12,424 bases of DNA from Promethearchaeota archaeon (GCA_048938005.1 JBHLMQ010000030.1:26381-38804), one strand, 5' to 3'. Shown: positions 1 to 8,865, counted from the stretch's first letter. Made by a program: numbers and translations. The notes: generated by a model not told the origin, from the sequence alone.

Positions 1-1
1 A

Positions 2-58
2 TCCCCTAAACCTGTTACGTCCCCTAAACCTGTTTCATCCCCTAAACCTGTATCATCC
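2..58 (+). repeat. 18-bp coding tandem repeat, 3 copies plus a partial copy (may extend left of the window)
   Basis: TCCCCTAAACCTGTTACG (2-19), TCCCCTAAACCTGTTTCA (20-37), TCCCCTAAACCTGTATCA (38-55), TCC (56-58); encodes SPKPV(T/S). Confidence 0.9.
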
Positions 59-406
59 ACACAACCTACTGAAGTGGCTTCTGAGTATGAAGCAACTGAA
101 CCAATGCCTTCAATTAAAACTGCAGGAAAACCAGCACCAGCTATAAAGGTATCAACAACAGGGCTAATAACTGATGCTAAAGTAGCTTTTGTGTTTAGTG
201 CAATATTAGAACATTTCTCTGACATTTGGATTTCAAAAAAACCAGATGGGAGTTTTGCCGTCGAACAAATAGATGGCCCGATATGCCAATTTTCAATTAA
301 AGAAGGTGCAAAACTAACTTTTTCAGCCAATAGTTTTTCTGATGTGGATCCGAAAATAAAAACAGCAATCCAAAAGAAATTTATCGAGCTCTCAAAATTA
401 CTATAG
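2..406 (+). CDS. Hypothetical protein, 3' part (truncated by window edge); Pro/Ser/Thr-rich linker followed by a ~80 aa globular C-terminal domain
   Basis: Frame is open from base 2 (SPKPVTSPKPVSSPKPVSSTQPTEVASEYE...) to TAG at 404-406. The GTG at 74 used by the ORF track is internal. I do not recognise the family. Confidence 0.75.
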   Translation, partial: SPKPVTSPKPVSSPKPVSSTQPTEVASEYEATEPMPSIKTAGKPAPAIKVSTTGLITDAKVAFVFSAILEHFSDIWISKKPDGSFAVEQIDGPICQFSIKEGAKLTFSANSFSDVDPKIKTAIQKKFIELSKLL

Positions 407-420
407 AACTGTTAAAACTA

Positions 421-460
421 TAATTTTTATTTTATTCTTTTTTATTATTTATTAGATTTT
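421..460 (+). terminator. Putative oligo-T archaeal terminator
   Basis: T-rich tract (TTTTTATTTTATTCTTTTTTATTATTTT) 15-50 nt after the TAG at 406. Weak evidence in an AT-rich genome. Confidence 0.4.
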
Positions 461-506
461 AGAAGAGTATATCATCTTAAATTTAAAATATTTCTTATGA
501 TTAATT

Positions 507-2264
507 ATGAAATTCAATAAATTATCTCAATTGTTTTCAGAACTGGAAAGTACGACAAAAAGGCTTGAAATGATTGATCTTCTGTCAGGCTTTTTTGAAA
601 AAATTAAAGAAAAGAAAGAATATGAGGACTTAGATAAAATTATCTATCTTTTACAAGGTCAATTAGCGCCGAACATCAAGCAATTTCCCAAAATGGGATT
701 GGCTGAAAAGATGATAATCGAAGCATTATCTATACACTCGGGAATAGATGGTAAAAGAATTAAGGAAGTTTTATTAAAACAGGGGGATATTGGAGCAGCT
801 GCAGAATTAATTTTATCAAGAAAAAAGAAGCAAAAATCTTTATTTGACTATAATAAAATAAATGAAAAACCAGGAATTTCAATTGAGATTTCTGAATTAT
901 ACTCTGAACTAAAGAGAATTGCATTAACTGAAGGCGCCGGATCGCATGATATAAAGCTTGGAATATTAAGAGGATTAATGAGAAAATGCTCTCCCTTAGA
1001 AACAAAGTATTTATTGCGAATTATAACGTCCACATTGAGAGTGGGGGTTCAATCACCTACTATAATAGAAGGTTTAGCACTAGCTTTCACCGGTTTAAGA
1101 GACAATAAAGATTTCATAGAAAGAGCGTATACTTTACATCCAGATCTAGGAGAAATCTCAAAAATATTAGCAGAGAAAGGTTTAGAGAAAATAAAAGAGA
1201 TTGATATTGATTATGGAACTCCTATTTTAAGTATGCTAGCATCACGTGAAATCTATACTGAATTTCTCAGTCGACTAGGAGCACCCTTTATTGCAGAACA
1301 TAAATTAGATGGAGAAAGACTTCAAATACATAAGACTGGTAATAATATCATATTATTTTCACGACGTTTATTAGATATTTCAGAGCAATATCCCGATGTT
1401 TGTCAAGTAATAAGAGAAAATATTAGAGCCGAAAATGTGATAATCGAAGGAGAAGTTGTAGCAATGGATCCATTTTATGAAAGAATGCTTCCCTTTCAAG
1501 TTTTAAGCCAAAGAAGACGAAAATATGATGTAGAAGATATATCGAAAGATGTACCAGTATGTTTATTTCTGTTTGACCTCTTAAAATTTGAAAATGAATC
1601 ATTTGTTGATAAACCTTTACCAATACGACGTAAGAAATTAGAGGGGATCGTAGAAGAAAGGGATGAATTGCGTTTGGTCAAATCAGTTATGATTAATTCA
1701 ACTGAAGAATTATTAGATTTTTTTAATAAAGCTAGAGATGAGGGGACTGAAGGGATCATGGCAAAGTCGATGAAAGAAAACTCTATATATCAAGCAGGGA
1801 ATCGTGGTTTCTTATGGCTTAAATTAAAAGGATTAGAAGGGGGGAAACTGAAGGACTCTGTGGATGTTGTTTTAGTAGGTGCTTTTTATGGAAGAGGTCG
1901 TAGAAAAGGATGGTATGGTACATATATAGGTGCTGTTTTAGATCCTGAAAATGATAGATTTGTAGCATTTACTCGTGTTTCTTCAGGTTGGACCGATGAA
2001 ATTATGGAGACTTTAACAAAAGATATGAAGCAATATGAAATTGAGAGAAAAGCACCTAACGTTATATGTGAAGATACGCCTGATACATGGCTTCAACCAG
2101 AAGTAGTAATTGAGATAATAGGTGATGAGATAACAGTTAGCGACAAATTTGCTAGCTTAGGATATTCTATGAGGTTTCCAGTGTTTCAAAGAATGCGTCC
2201 TGAAAAAGGTCCAAAAGATATAACGACTGTAAATGAGATTATAGAATTATATAAGACTCAATAA
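507..2264 (+). CDS. lig: ATP-dependent DNA ligase (archaeal type)
   Basis: 585 aa. N-terminal DNA-binding domain, motif I EHKLDGER (adenylated Lys), IIEGEVV (III), LFDLL (IIIa), EGIMAK (IV), WLKLK (V), SMRFPVFQRMRPEK (VI). Confidence 0.97.
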   Translation: MKFNKLSQLFSELESTTKRLEMIDLLSGFFEKIKEKKEYEDLDKIIYLLQGQLAPNIKQFPKMGLAEKMIIEALSIHSGIDGKRIKEVLLKQGDIGAAAELILSRKKKQKSLFDYNKINEKPGISIEISELYSELKRIALTEGAGSHDIKLGILRGLMRKCSPLETKYLLRIITSTLRVGVQSPTIIEGLALAFTGLRDNKDFIERAYTLHPDLGEISKILAEKGLEKIKEIDIDYGTPILSMLASREIYTEFLSRLGAPFIAEHKLDGERLQIHKTGNNIILFSRRLLDISEQYPDVCQVIRENIRAENVIIEGEVVAMDPFYERMLPFQVLSQRRRKYDVEDISKDVPVCLFLFDLLKFENESFVDKPLPIRRKKLEGIVEERDELRLVKSVMINSTEELLDFFNKARDEGTEGIMAKSMKENSIYQAGNRGFLWLKLKGLEGGKLKDSVDVVLVGAFYGRGRRKGWYGTYIGAVLDPENDRFVAFTRVSSGWTDEIMETLTKDMKQYEIERKAPNVICEDTPDTWLQPEVVIEIIGDEITVSDKFASLGYSMRFPVFQRMRPEKGPKDITTVNEIIELYKTQ

Positions 2265-2283
2265 GTTTTCAATTATTTATAAA

Positions 2284-4182
2284 TTAAAATTTCTCTAAAC
2301 CTAATTCTCTTATTTTTGCTTGAGTTGGATTTCCAGTTATTTTGTCCCATCCACGTTCATCATAATAACCATCAAGTAGTTGATTAGCAATTTCAGGAGT
2401 TATTATGGTTTCTCCGAAAAAATCTCGGAAGATAAGCTCTGTATCTCCAAAATTCAATGGTTTAAACCATTCTTCTGGAAATTTATCATCTTTTCGAGAA
2501 AATCCCACTTTCATGTTTAGAATTTTAAGTAAATTCCAAGATCTTTCAGCTGCTATATGCAAATCCTCAGATTTCATATTAAACCCTGTCACTGCGTTAA
2601 AGAAATCTGTAGCTGATTCTAATCCGTAGAAACGATTCATTTGAGCTCTTGCACAGAGACCTAATGAAGTTAAAACAGTATACCAATCTTCTGAATATCT
2701 TGTCAATCTTCCTATATTTATTACCATTTCTTTTACTGGGGGGGAGAATATTCTAGCAATCGCAGATTTAGGAATACCCATTCTTGAAAAATGAATATTA
2801 AACTTTTCTATTGAACTTCCAGCACCTAAATAGGTTGGAGAGCCTCCAGATGCAACATGAGCACCTTTAGGATTTACAACTTGTTCAAATTCCATAGTAC
2901 CAAGGCGTAAAAGTCGTGGTTCAAATATGATATCTAAACCTTTAACAGTAAGCATTTCATTTTCAATTGAATCATAAGCTTCTGCCAATTTTTTCCATCC
3001 ATCAGCTAAAAGATTTCCAAATTCTTTCCTATATGTGATAATTTCTATAAGTTTAATTAATGTATTATAATCCGTTTTCCATTCCATTCCTGTATTTTCT
3101 TTGGTTAAAATACCTTTCTTATATAAAATTGTACAAAATTTCAACAAAGATGTAATTGTTAATGAATCTAATCCATATCTATTCACAATATCATATGCTT
3201 TAATAGCTTCATCAAAATTTATTAAATTTTCAAGTGTAAACATCAAAGCAGGATTAATGATGGAAGAAGTATAATTTAATAATCCAGAATGACTTCCTTC
3301 TTGGAGTTCAAGAATATCTTTATCACCCATCGGACAAGAAGGACAAGCTATCCGTCGTTTCTTTAACTTATTAAGGTAAATTCGTTCATTACATTGTCTG
3401 GCCTTTTCTTTCTGACCTGAACCTGTTAGCAGCATGCCAACAGGAAGACTTCTCAGCATTCCTAACTGATGCCATGATTCTCTTTGAGGATAATTTTTAA
3501 TGCGTTCTAATAGCTTACTAAATAATTCATTAAATTTTTTCGAATTAGCAATAGAGACTCCTAGAGTTCCTTTTACTGCAATTGCTTTAAGATTTTTAGA
3601 ACCCATAACTGCTCCAAGTCCTCCTCGTCCAAATGTTGATGTTCTATCAATTAAAGCTAGGGAACCTCTTACCAAATTTTCACCAGCTTGTCCAATTGCA
3701 ATTACTCCACAATTATTATGCTTTTTTTGTAAGAAATGAGTTGATTCTACTATATCCCGGCCCCAGATTTCTTTTGCGTCTATTAAATCAATGTTATCAT
3801 CCAATATTAATAAAGAAACTGGTTTATCTGCTTTACCTGAGATGATTACATGGTCAAATCCCGCATGTTTTAACTGGAATCCAAAACTCATACTCCCACA
3901 TGAATAAGCAATTGCCCCTGTTGCTGGAAATTTACTTGTACATACAGTTCGGGAAGATCCAGGGGTTATTGTTCCTACTAAAGGTCCTACACCAATTATG
4001 AGATAATTTTCAGGAGATAATGGATCTATATTTGGCTTAATTAATTCAGCAGCAATCTTTGTATTTATACCAAGTCCACCAATAAATTGCTTAATGTCCT
4101 CAATATTTTGTTTTCTTACAGTTATTTTGTTATCTGTGAGATTAACATTAAGAATCTTACCAGTATATCCTTTCAATTCCAT
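2284..4182 (-). CDS. Aldehyde:ferredoxin oxidoreductase family (tungstopterin, AOR/WOR-like) protein, divergent
   Basis: N-terminus GYTGKILNVNLT, LKHAGFDHVIISGKA, IGQAGEN, GRGGLGAVMGSKNLKAIAV, YGLD, SLGLC and YYDERGWD. Start placed at the ATG at 4182 (TGATG overlap with the ferredoxin stop, preceded by AGGAGGAGG) rather than the TTG at 4185. Confidence 0.92.
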   Translation of the reverse strand: MELKGYTGKILNVNLTDNKITVRKQNIEDIKQFIGGLGINTKIAAELIKPNIDPLSPENYLIIGVGPLVGTITPGSSRTVCTSKFPATGAIAYSCGSMSFGFQLKHAGFDHVIISGKADKPVSLLILDDNIDLIDAKEIWGRDIVESTHFLQKKHNNCGVIAIGQAGENLVRGSLALIDRTSTFGRGGLGAVMGSKNLKAIAVKGTLGVSIANSKKFNELFSKLLERIKNYPQRESWHQLGMLRSLPVGMLLTGSGQKEKARQCNERIYLNKLKKRRIACPSCPMGDKDILELQEGSHSGLLNYTSSIINPALMFTLENLINFDEAIKAYDIVNRYGLDSLTITSLLKFCTILYKKGILTKENTGMEWKTDYNTLIKLIEIITYRKEFGNLLADGWKKLAEAYDSIENEMLTVKGLDIIFEPRLLRLGTMEFEQVVNPKGAHVASGGSPTYLGAGSSIEKFNIHFSRMGIPKSAIARIFSPPVKEMVINIGRLTRYSEDWYTVLTSLGLCARAQMNRFYGLESATDFFNAVTGFNMKSEDLHIAAERSWNLLKILNMKVGFSRKDDKFPEEWFKPLNFGDTELIFRDFFGETIITPEIANQLLDGYYDERGWDKITGNPTQAKIRELGLEKF

Positions 4183-4427
4183 CAATTATCCTCCTCCTTA
4201 AACCTTAGAGCACCATATAAACAATGTTGAACACATTGACCACATTTAATACAGGTGTCTAAAAAAATAATTTTTGGGGCTAATCCATATCTATCCTTTA
4301 TTTCCAAATTAGCCTTTAAGGGATTAAATATCTTATGATGGGTATATGAACACCATAATTTACATAAAATACAACCAGTACACTTTTCCTCATCAATTAA
4401 TATATTAATTATACTTTCTTTTACCAT
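4182..4427 (-). CDS. 2x[4Fe-4S] ferredoxin-type protein, probable AOR partner
   Basis: 81 aa with CTGCILCKLWC and CIKCGQCVQHCLYGAL motifs. Its stop overlaps the AOR start by 1 nt. Confidence 0.9.
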   Translation of the reverse strand: MVKESIINILIDEEKCTGCILCKLWCSYTHHKIFNPLKANLEIKDRYGLAPKIIFLDTCIKCGQCVQHCLYGALRFKEEDN

Positions 4428-4453
4428 TATATTTCATATCTTCCTAGTTTTAA

Positions 4454-5944
4454 TTAAAATTTTATTATTAGTCCATTTTTTCTTTCCATTTCTTTCAATA
4501 ATGGGGGTAGTTCTTCAAATTTATTGAAATTTAAATCTAAAATTTTTAATGATGAAAGAGATGCGATTGAATTAGGCAATTTTTCAAGTTTATTCCCCCA
4601 TAAATTAAATACTTCTAAAGATGATAGAATCCCAATCCATTCTGGAAGAGTGGTGAAGTTGTTCCAACTAAGATTTAAAAATTTAAGTGATTTTAATTTT
4701 GTCATTGAAGAGGGCAAATCGCTTAATTGATTATTTCTTAAATTTAGTTTTTCTAGAGAATTTAGGTTTCCTAATGAATCAGGGATATTACATAATTTAT
4801 TATCGTATAATTCTAATTCCTTTAATGAATGAAACGAGCCAATCCATTCTGGAAGCGTTACTAACTTATTACCTCCCATTCCTAACTTTTCTAAGAATAA
4901 AAGTGGTTGAACTTCCTTCGGGATTGTCGTAAAATTATTCCAACCTAGTTCAAGTTCCTTTATTGAGGCACTCAGATTAATTTCTATTGAAGTTAATTTA
5001 TTTCCATGTAAATCTAAAGATTTAAGTGAAGAGAGAGAACTTATTGATGAAGGAAGATGTGTTAACATATTATTTCTCAAATTCAAGTTCTCAAGTGTTT
5101 TAACTAATCCAATCGATTCAGGAAGGTTTCTTAATCTATTAGTTTTTAAGTTTAAAGTCTTGAGTGATTTGAAATAACTGAAATCTGGTAATTTTGTTAT
5201 CTTGTTATAACTTAAATCCAAATATTCAATTGATCTGTTTAAAACAGTTGGGATATTTATAAGATGATTAAACCTTAAATCACACCTTTTAATAGTATTT
5301 AGAGAGAATATTGATTCAAGGATTTTTTCTAGTTTACTTAAACCAGAACTATATCTTTCAACATTAGATAAGTCTAATTCAGTAATCAAACCCGATTCGT
5401 TAATTTCAAACTTTATATAACCAAATGTAAGTTTTAGAGAAGAAAGGATATAATAACTAATCAGTATATCAGTAAGTTCTTTATTAGAAAAATCTTTAAT
5501 ATTCCTTTTCTTAAATAAACCATTTAAATTATATTTATATTTTCTTCTGCGGAATCTATTTAATTTATCAATCAAAACTGATTTAGACTTATCCTGATTA
5601 ATTTCCCCTAATGTTGATATTATTGTTATCAAACATTTTAATGATGTTTCGTGCTCAAAAGCCCATGAGATTGGAGCTAAAGCTTTATTGATATAGAGAT
5701 TCTTTAAAACTTTACATGTTAAATTTCTAACATTTTCATTAGTATCAGAAATTAAAAGATGTTCTAAAAATTTGAAAGTTTTTTCGTCAGTAGTCCCAAT
5801 TTCTTCTAAAATCTTAATACTTTCTATTCGAGTTTCAGGGTTTTCAGCATTGTCAATTAGAGTTAGTAGTAATTCAATTGCAGATGGTCTATCTAAATCC
5901 TTATTTTTTAAATCCTCAGATATCGCGTTTGGAGTTAAAGGCAT
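4454..5944 (-). CDS. Leucine-rich repeat protein with N-terminal HEAT-like helical repeats
   Basis: 496 aa. N-terminal helical repeats (ETRIESIKILEEIG, LLISDTNENVRNLTCKVL) followed by ~12-13 LRRs of 21-23 aa with consensus LxxLxLxxNxLxxLPxxI. Confidence 0.92.
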   Translation of the reverse strand: MPLTPNAISEDLKNKDLDRPSAIELLLTLIDNAENPETRIESIKILEEIGTTDEKTFKFLEHLLISDTNENVRNLTCKVLKNLYINKALAPISWAFEHETSLKCLITIISTLGEINQDKSKSVLIDKLNRFRRRKYKYNLNGLFKKRNIKDFSNKELTDILISYYILSSLKLTFGYIKFEINESGLITELDLSNVERYSSGLSKLEKILESIFSLNTIKRCDLRFNHLINIPTVLNRSIEYLDLSYNKITKLPDFSYFKSLKTLNLKTNRLRNLPESIGLVKTLENLNLRNNMLTHLPSSISSLSSLKSLDLHGNKLTSIEINLSASIKELELGWNNFTTIPKEVQPLLFLEKLGMGGNKLVTLPEWIGSFHSLKELELYDNKLCNIPDSLGNLNSLEKLNLRNNQLSDLPSSMTKLKSLKFLNLSWNNFTTLPEWIGILSSLEVFNLWGNKLEKLPNSIASLSSLKILDLNFNKFEELPPLLKEMERKNGLIIKF

Positions 5945-5977
5945 AAATTTATACTATATTATTAAATATTATATTTC

Positions 5978-7516
5978 TTAAACTCTTTCTATCATCATTC
6001 CACCTAACCGAATAGGTCCCCCTGTAAGATTATATATTTTTTCTGCTTTTCTTAATTTGGACTCACTATGCGAATAAATTTTAAAAACCATTTCTCCTTC
6101 TTTGATTTTAGCACCTTGTTTTTTAACTATTTCCACTCCAGAGGTTTTCGAACTAGGACATCCCGCAGTTTTTGCTATTTGATTGATTATTGAGTTATTT
6201 ACTTCAACTATATAACCTTCTTTGGAACTAAAAAATTCTTTAACGTGGGAACCTAACTTAATATCTTCGGGTTTAATTTCAGGATCGCCCCCTTGAGCCT
6301 TAATAATTTTTTTCATTTTTTCATAGGCTCTACCTGAACGTAATATATCTTTTGCCATACTTTGACCCATGCCTTTTTGAGCTTTTCCACTCATTTCAAG
6401 AAGAATACCTGCTAAATCTGTAGATTTTTCTATTAACGAATTTGGCCCAGCAGAGTAGTCCCGTAATAATGTAAGAGCTTCTTTAGCTTCTAAAGCAGGA
6501 CCTACAGCATGACCTATAGGTTGATGAGCTAATGTGAGGGCACATTCTGCCTCAATTCCTACATTTGCAGCGATTTCTTTAAATAAATAAGCAAATTGTT
6601 TTCCCTTTTCAGGTGTTGTAAATTTTGTTCCTTCACCTACAGGTATATCAAGTACAAGTTTTTTGACTCCTAATGAGAGCTTTTTTGTTAGAATGGAAGG
6701 AATCATAAGACCAATAGGATCCATATGTAAAGGACGCTCAATTTCTATTAAAATATTATCCGCTGGGGCTGTTTCAAGAGCTCCACCCCATATCATACAT
6801 GCGTTTTCTTCAGATACAATTTTTTTTAACTCTTCTGGGGTAAAAGCAACAGGAGCTAAAACTTCCATTGAGTCTGCTGTACCAGAAGGTGATGTTATAG
6901 CTCTTGTTGAAGATTTTGGAATAGTTAAACCAGCAGCAGCAACAATAGGTACAATAATGAGAGAGACTTTATTTCCCGGTACACCACCCGTACTATGTTT
7001 ATCATAGACATCCATTCCAAAGTAAAAGATTTCTCCACTCCTAGTCTCTGATAAAGCTAAAGCAGTCATCTCTTCATTATCCATTCCATTAATCGACACT
7101 GCTGTTATGAATGCTGCTAAATCTATTCGCGATAGGGAACCAGAAACCGCATCTGAGATAATTCCATTTATTTCTTCACTAGATAATTTTTGTCCTTTTA
7201 TCTTCTTTTGAATATATTTGAATGAATCAGGCGGATCTGCTGGTTTTACTGAAACTACTGTCTCATTTTTTAATTCCTTTTTATCTCTTAGGAGATTACG
7301 GAATACTCCAATTTCTCCCGGTTCAACGATAGTTCCTAAATAATCAATTTGAATAATTGCTACCCAATATTTTTCTTCTATTAACTTTGATCTAATATTC
7401 TTTACAAAGACACGTTCACCTGCTTTTTGCCCTAACTCTTCAGCGTCTTTGATATTTAAAACAATATCTTTAACATTTCCAGTTTCAAAATTGATTTCTT
7501 TAACTTTTAATTTCAT
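5978..7516 (-). CDS. deoA: AMP (nucleoside monophosphate) phosphorylase, thymidine phosphorylase family, archaeal type
   Basis: 512 aa. DKHSTGGVPGNK, PKSSTRAITSPSGTADSME, LDIPVGEGTK and QPIGHAVGPALEA motifs, plus the ~90 aa N-terminal extension typical of AMP phosphorylases. Confidence 0.93.
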   Translation of the reverse strand: MKLKVKEINFETGNVKDIVLNIKDAEELGQKAGERVFVKNIRSKLIEEKYWVAIIQIDYLGTIVEPGEIGVFRNLLRDKKELKNETVVSVKPADPPDSFKYIQKKIKGQKLSSEEINGIISDAVSGSLSRIDLAAFITAVSINGMDNEEMTALALSETRSGEIFYFGMDVYDKHSTGGVPGNKVSLIIVPIVAAAGLTIPKSSTRAITSPSGTADSMEVLAPVAFTPEELKKIVSEENACMIWGGALETAPADNILIEIERPLHMDPIGLMIPSILTKKLSLGVKKLVLDIPVGEGTKFTTPEKGKQFAYLFKEIAANVGIEAECALTLAHQPIGHAVGPALEAKEALTLLRDYSAGPNSLIEKSTDLAGILLEMSGKAQKGMGQSMAKDILRSGRAYEKMKKIIKAQGGDPEIKPEDIKLGSHVKEFFSSKEGYIVEVNNSIINQIAKTAGCPSSKTSGVEIVKKQGAKIKEGEMVFKIYSHSESKLRKAEKIYNLTGGPIRLGGMMIERV

Positions 7517-7566
7517 CTACTTTTCTCACTTTATTTTGGGGTAGAAATATATAAAACAAATAAAAT

Positions 7567-8865
7567 TTATAATTTTATTGAAAGAGGGAAATCTTTAACC
7601 TCTCCAATTAGGTTTTGGTCTGGATCTTTAAATGTTGCTTTTATCTTAATAGAATAATCTCCCGCTTGTTTCGGTTTTAGATTGAGTTCCCATTTTATAT
7701 TTTCATTTGATCTGAGTGTATATATTTGTTTTTTTAAAGTGCCTCTCATTACTTTAAGATTTTCTGGAAAATCTATTTCTATATTAAGATCTAAAGCTTC
7801 ACCTTCACTTTTATTTTCAATAAGGATTTCTAAGGGAAAAGTTTGACCAATGAGAGGAGGTCTCAAACTTTTCATAGAAATGTCTAGCGTTGGAGGAGGA
7901 GATATTAGATTTGGATATAATATTTCAGAAATTTCATAGAAAAATTTTAATTTCCCATCTATTTCTGAAGTTAATAAAATAGGTCCAATATATGGTTTTT
8001 CCATTTGAAAATGAGGTTTTATTACCAAATCTACTTGACAATTTTGACCCGGGATTATTTTTATTGGTAAATCTGGTTTTTTATGAAAAGTAAAATTATC
8101 AGAAATATTTAATCCAATTTTAGAAATTTTTAATTCCTCTATGTTATAATTATAAAAAGTATTTGTTTTTATATTTAAAAGAGGTTTTGTATCAATATAC
8201 ATTGTTAGATTTATAATCTCATTAGTTGTATATACATTCTTATCCAAATTTAATTTAGTTATTAAAGAAGCAATTGTTTTTGCTATTACCAATGCTTGTT
8301 TTGCTAATTTTATCTCACCCTCATGAAATTTAAAACTTTCAAAATCGTTCTTAATCTTTTTTATATAATTCTCTTTTTTATCCTTTGTAGCAACTGTTAA
8401 ATCCTTTATTAGCTTAATTAGCGGATTATCCTTAAAATACGCATCATCTACATAAGTTTTAATTTTTTTTACTATATTTAATCCTTCTTCTTGTTGTCCT
8501 TCTACAAATAGACATAGATAAGATAAACTTGAAAACATAATGAAATTATAATTACGATCACTAGAATTTCGTAAATTGGGAATATAATTCAGTGCTTCCT
8601 TGAAGAATTGATAAGCTTCTAGGAAATTATTATTAAAAAGAGATGCATTACCAGCATTTCTTAAAAATTCTAATCCATGTGCATATTTATCCTCATTTAT
8701 TGCACTTTTTGCAGCATTAAAAAAACAGGCTTTTGCCATTTCGTAATTACCTAAATTCATGAAATTATTTCCACCAGTATTAAATAATTTTGCTGCTCGT
8801 TTATATTGCATTGCTTTATAAAGTTGCTCTGCTTTCTTTAATTGTTTTTCAGGATCTTTTCCCAT
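7567..8865 (-). CDS. Hypothetical protein: N-terminal TPR/alpha-SNAP-like helical repeats plus two C-terminal Ig-like beta-sandwich domains
   Basis: 432 aa. Residues ~1-190 show a TPR-like AxxxFxxA pattern. The C-terminus has an Ig/CARDB-like pattern (GQTFPLEILIENKSEGEALDLNIEIDFPENLKV...LKPKQAGDYSIKIKATFKD). No signal peptide or TM helix is apparent. Domain calls are by eye. Confidence 0.7.
   Translation of the reverse strand: MGKDPEKQLKKAEQLYKAMQYKRAAKLFNTGGNNFMNLGNYEMAKACFFNAAKSAINEDKYAHGLEFLRNAGNASLFNNNFLEAYQFFKEALNYIPNLRNSSDRNYNFIMFSSLSYLCLFVEGQQEEGLNIVKKIKTYVDDAYFKDNPLIKLIKDLTVATKDKKENYIKKIKNDFESFKFHEGEIKLAKQALVIAKTIASLITKLNLDKNVYTTNEIINLTMYIDTKPLLNIKTNTFYNYNIEELKISKIGLNISDNFTFHKKPDLPIKIIPGQNCQVDLVIKPHFQMEKPYIGPILLTSEIDGKLKFFYEISEILYPNLISPPPTLDISMKSLRPPLIGQTFPLEILIENKSEGEALDLNIEIDFPENLKVMRGTLKKQIYTLRSNENIKWELNLKPKQAGDYSIKIKATFKDPDQNLIGEVKDFPLSIKL

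Noticed and set aside
2-58. CCCTAAA plant-telomere-like repeat or CRISPR array
   Set aside because: The period is 18 bp, in frame and without spacers. It encodes SPKPV(S/T) within an open reading frame.
3322-3330. Possible Sec (TGA) at the missing third Cys of the AOR CxxCxxxC motif
   Set aside because: The TGA in GGT GAT is out of frame; the codon is GAT (Asp) and the frame is continuous.
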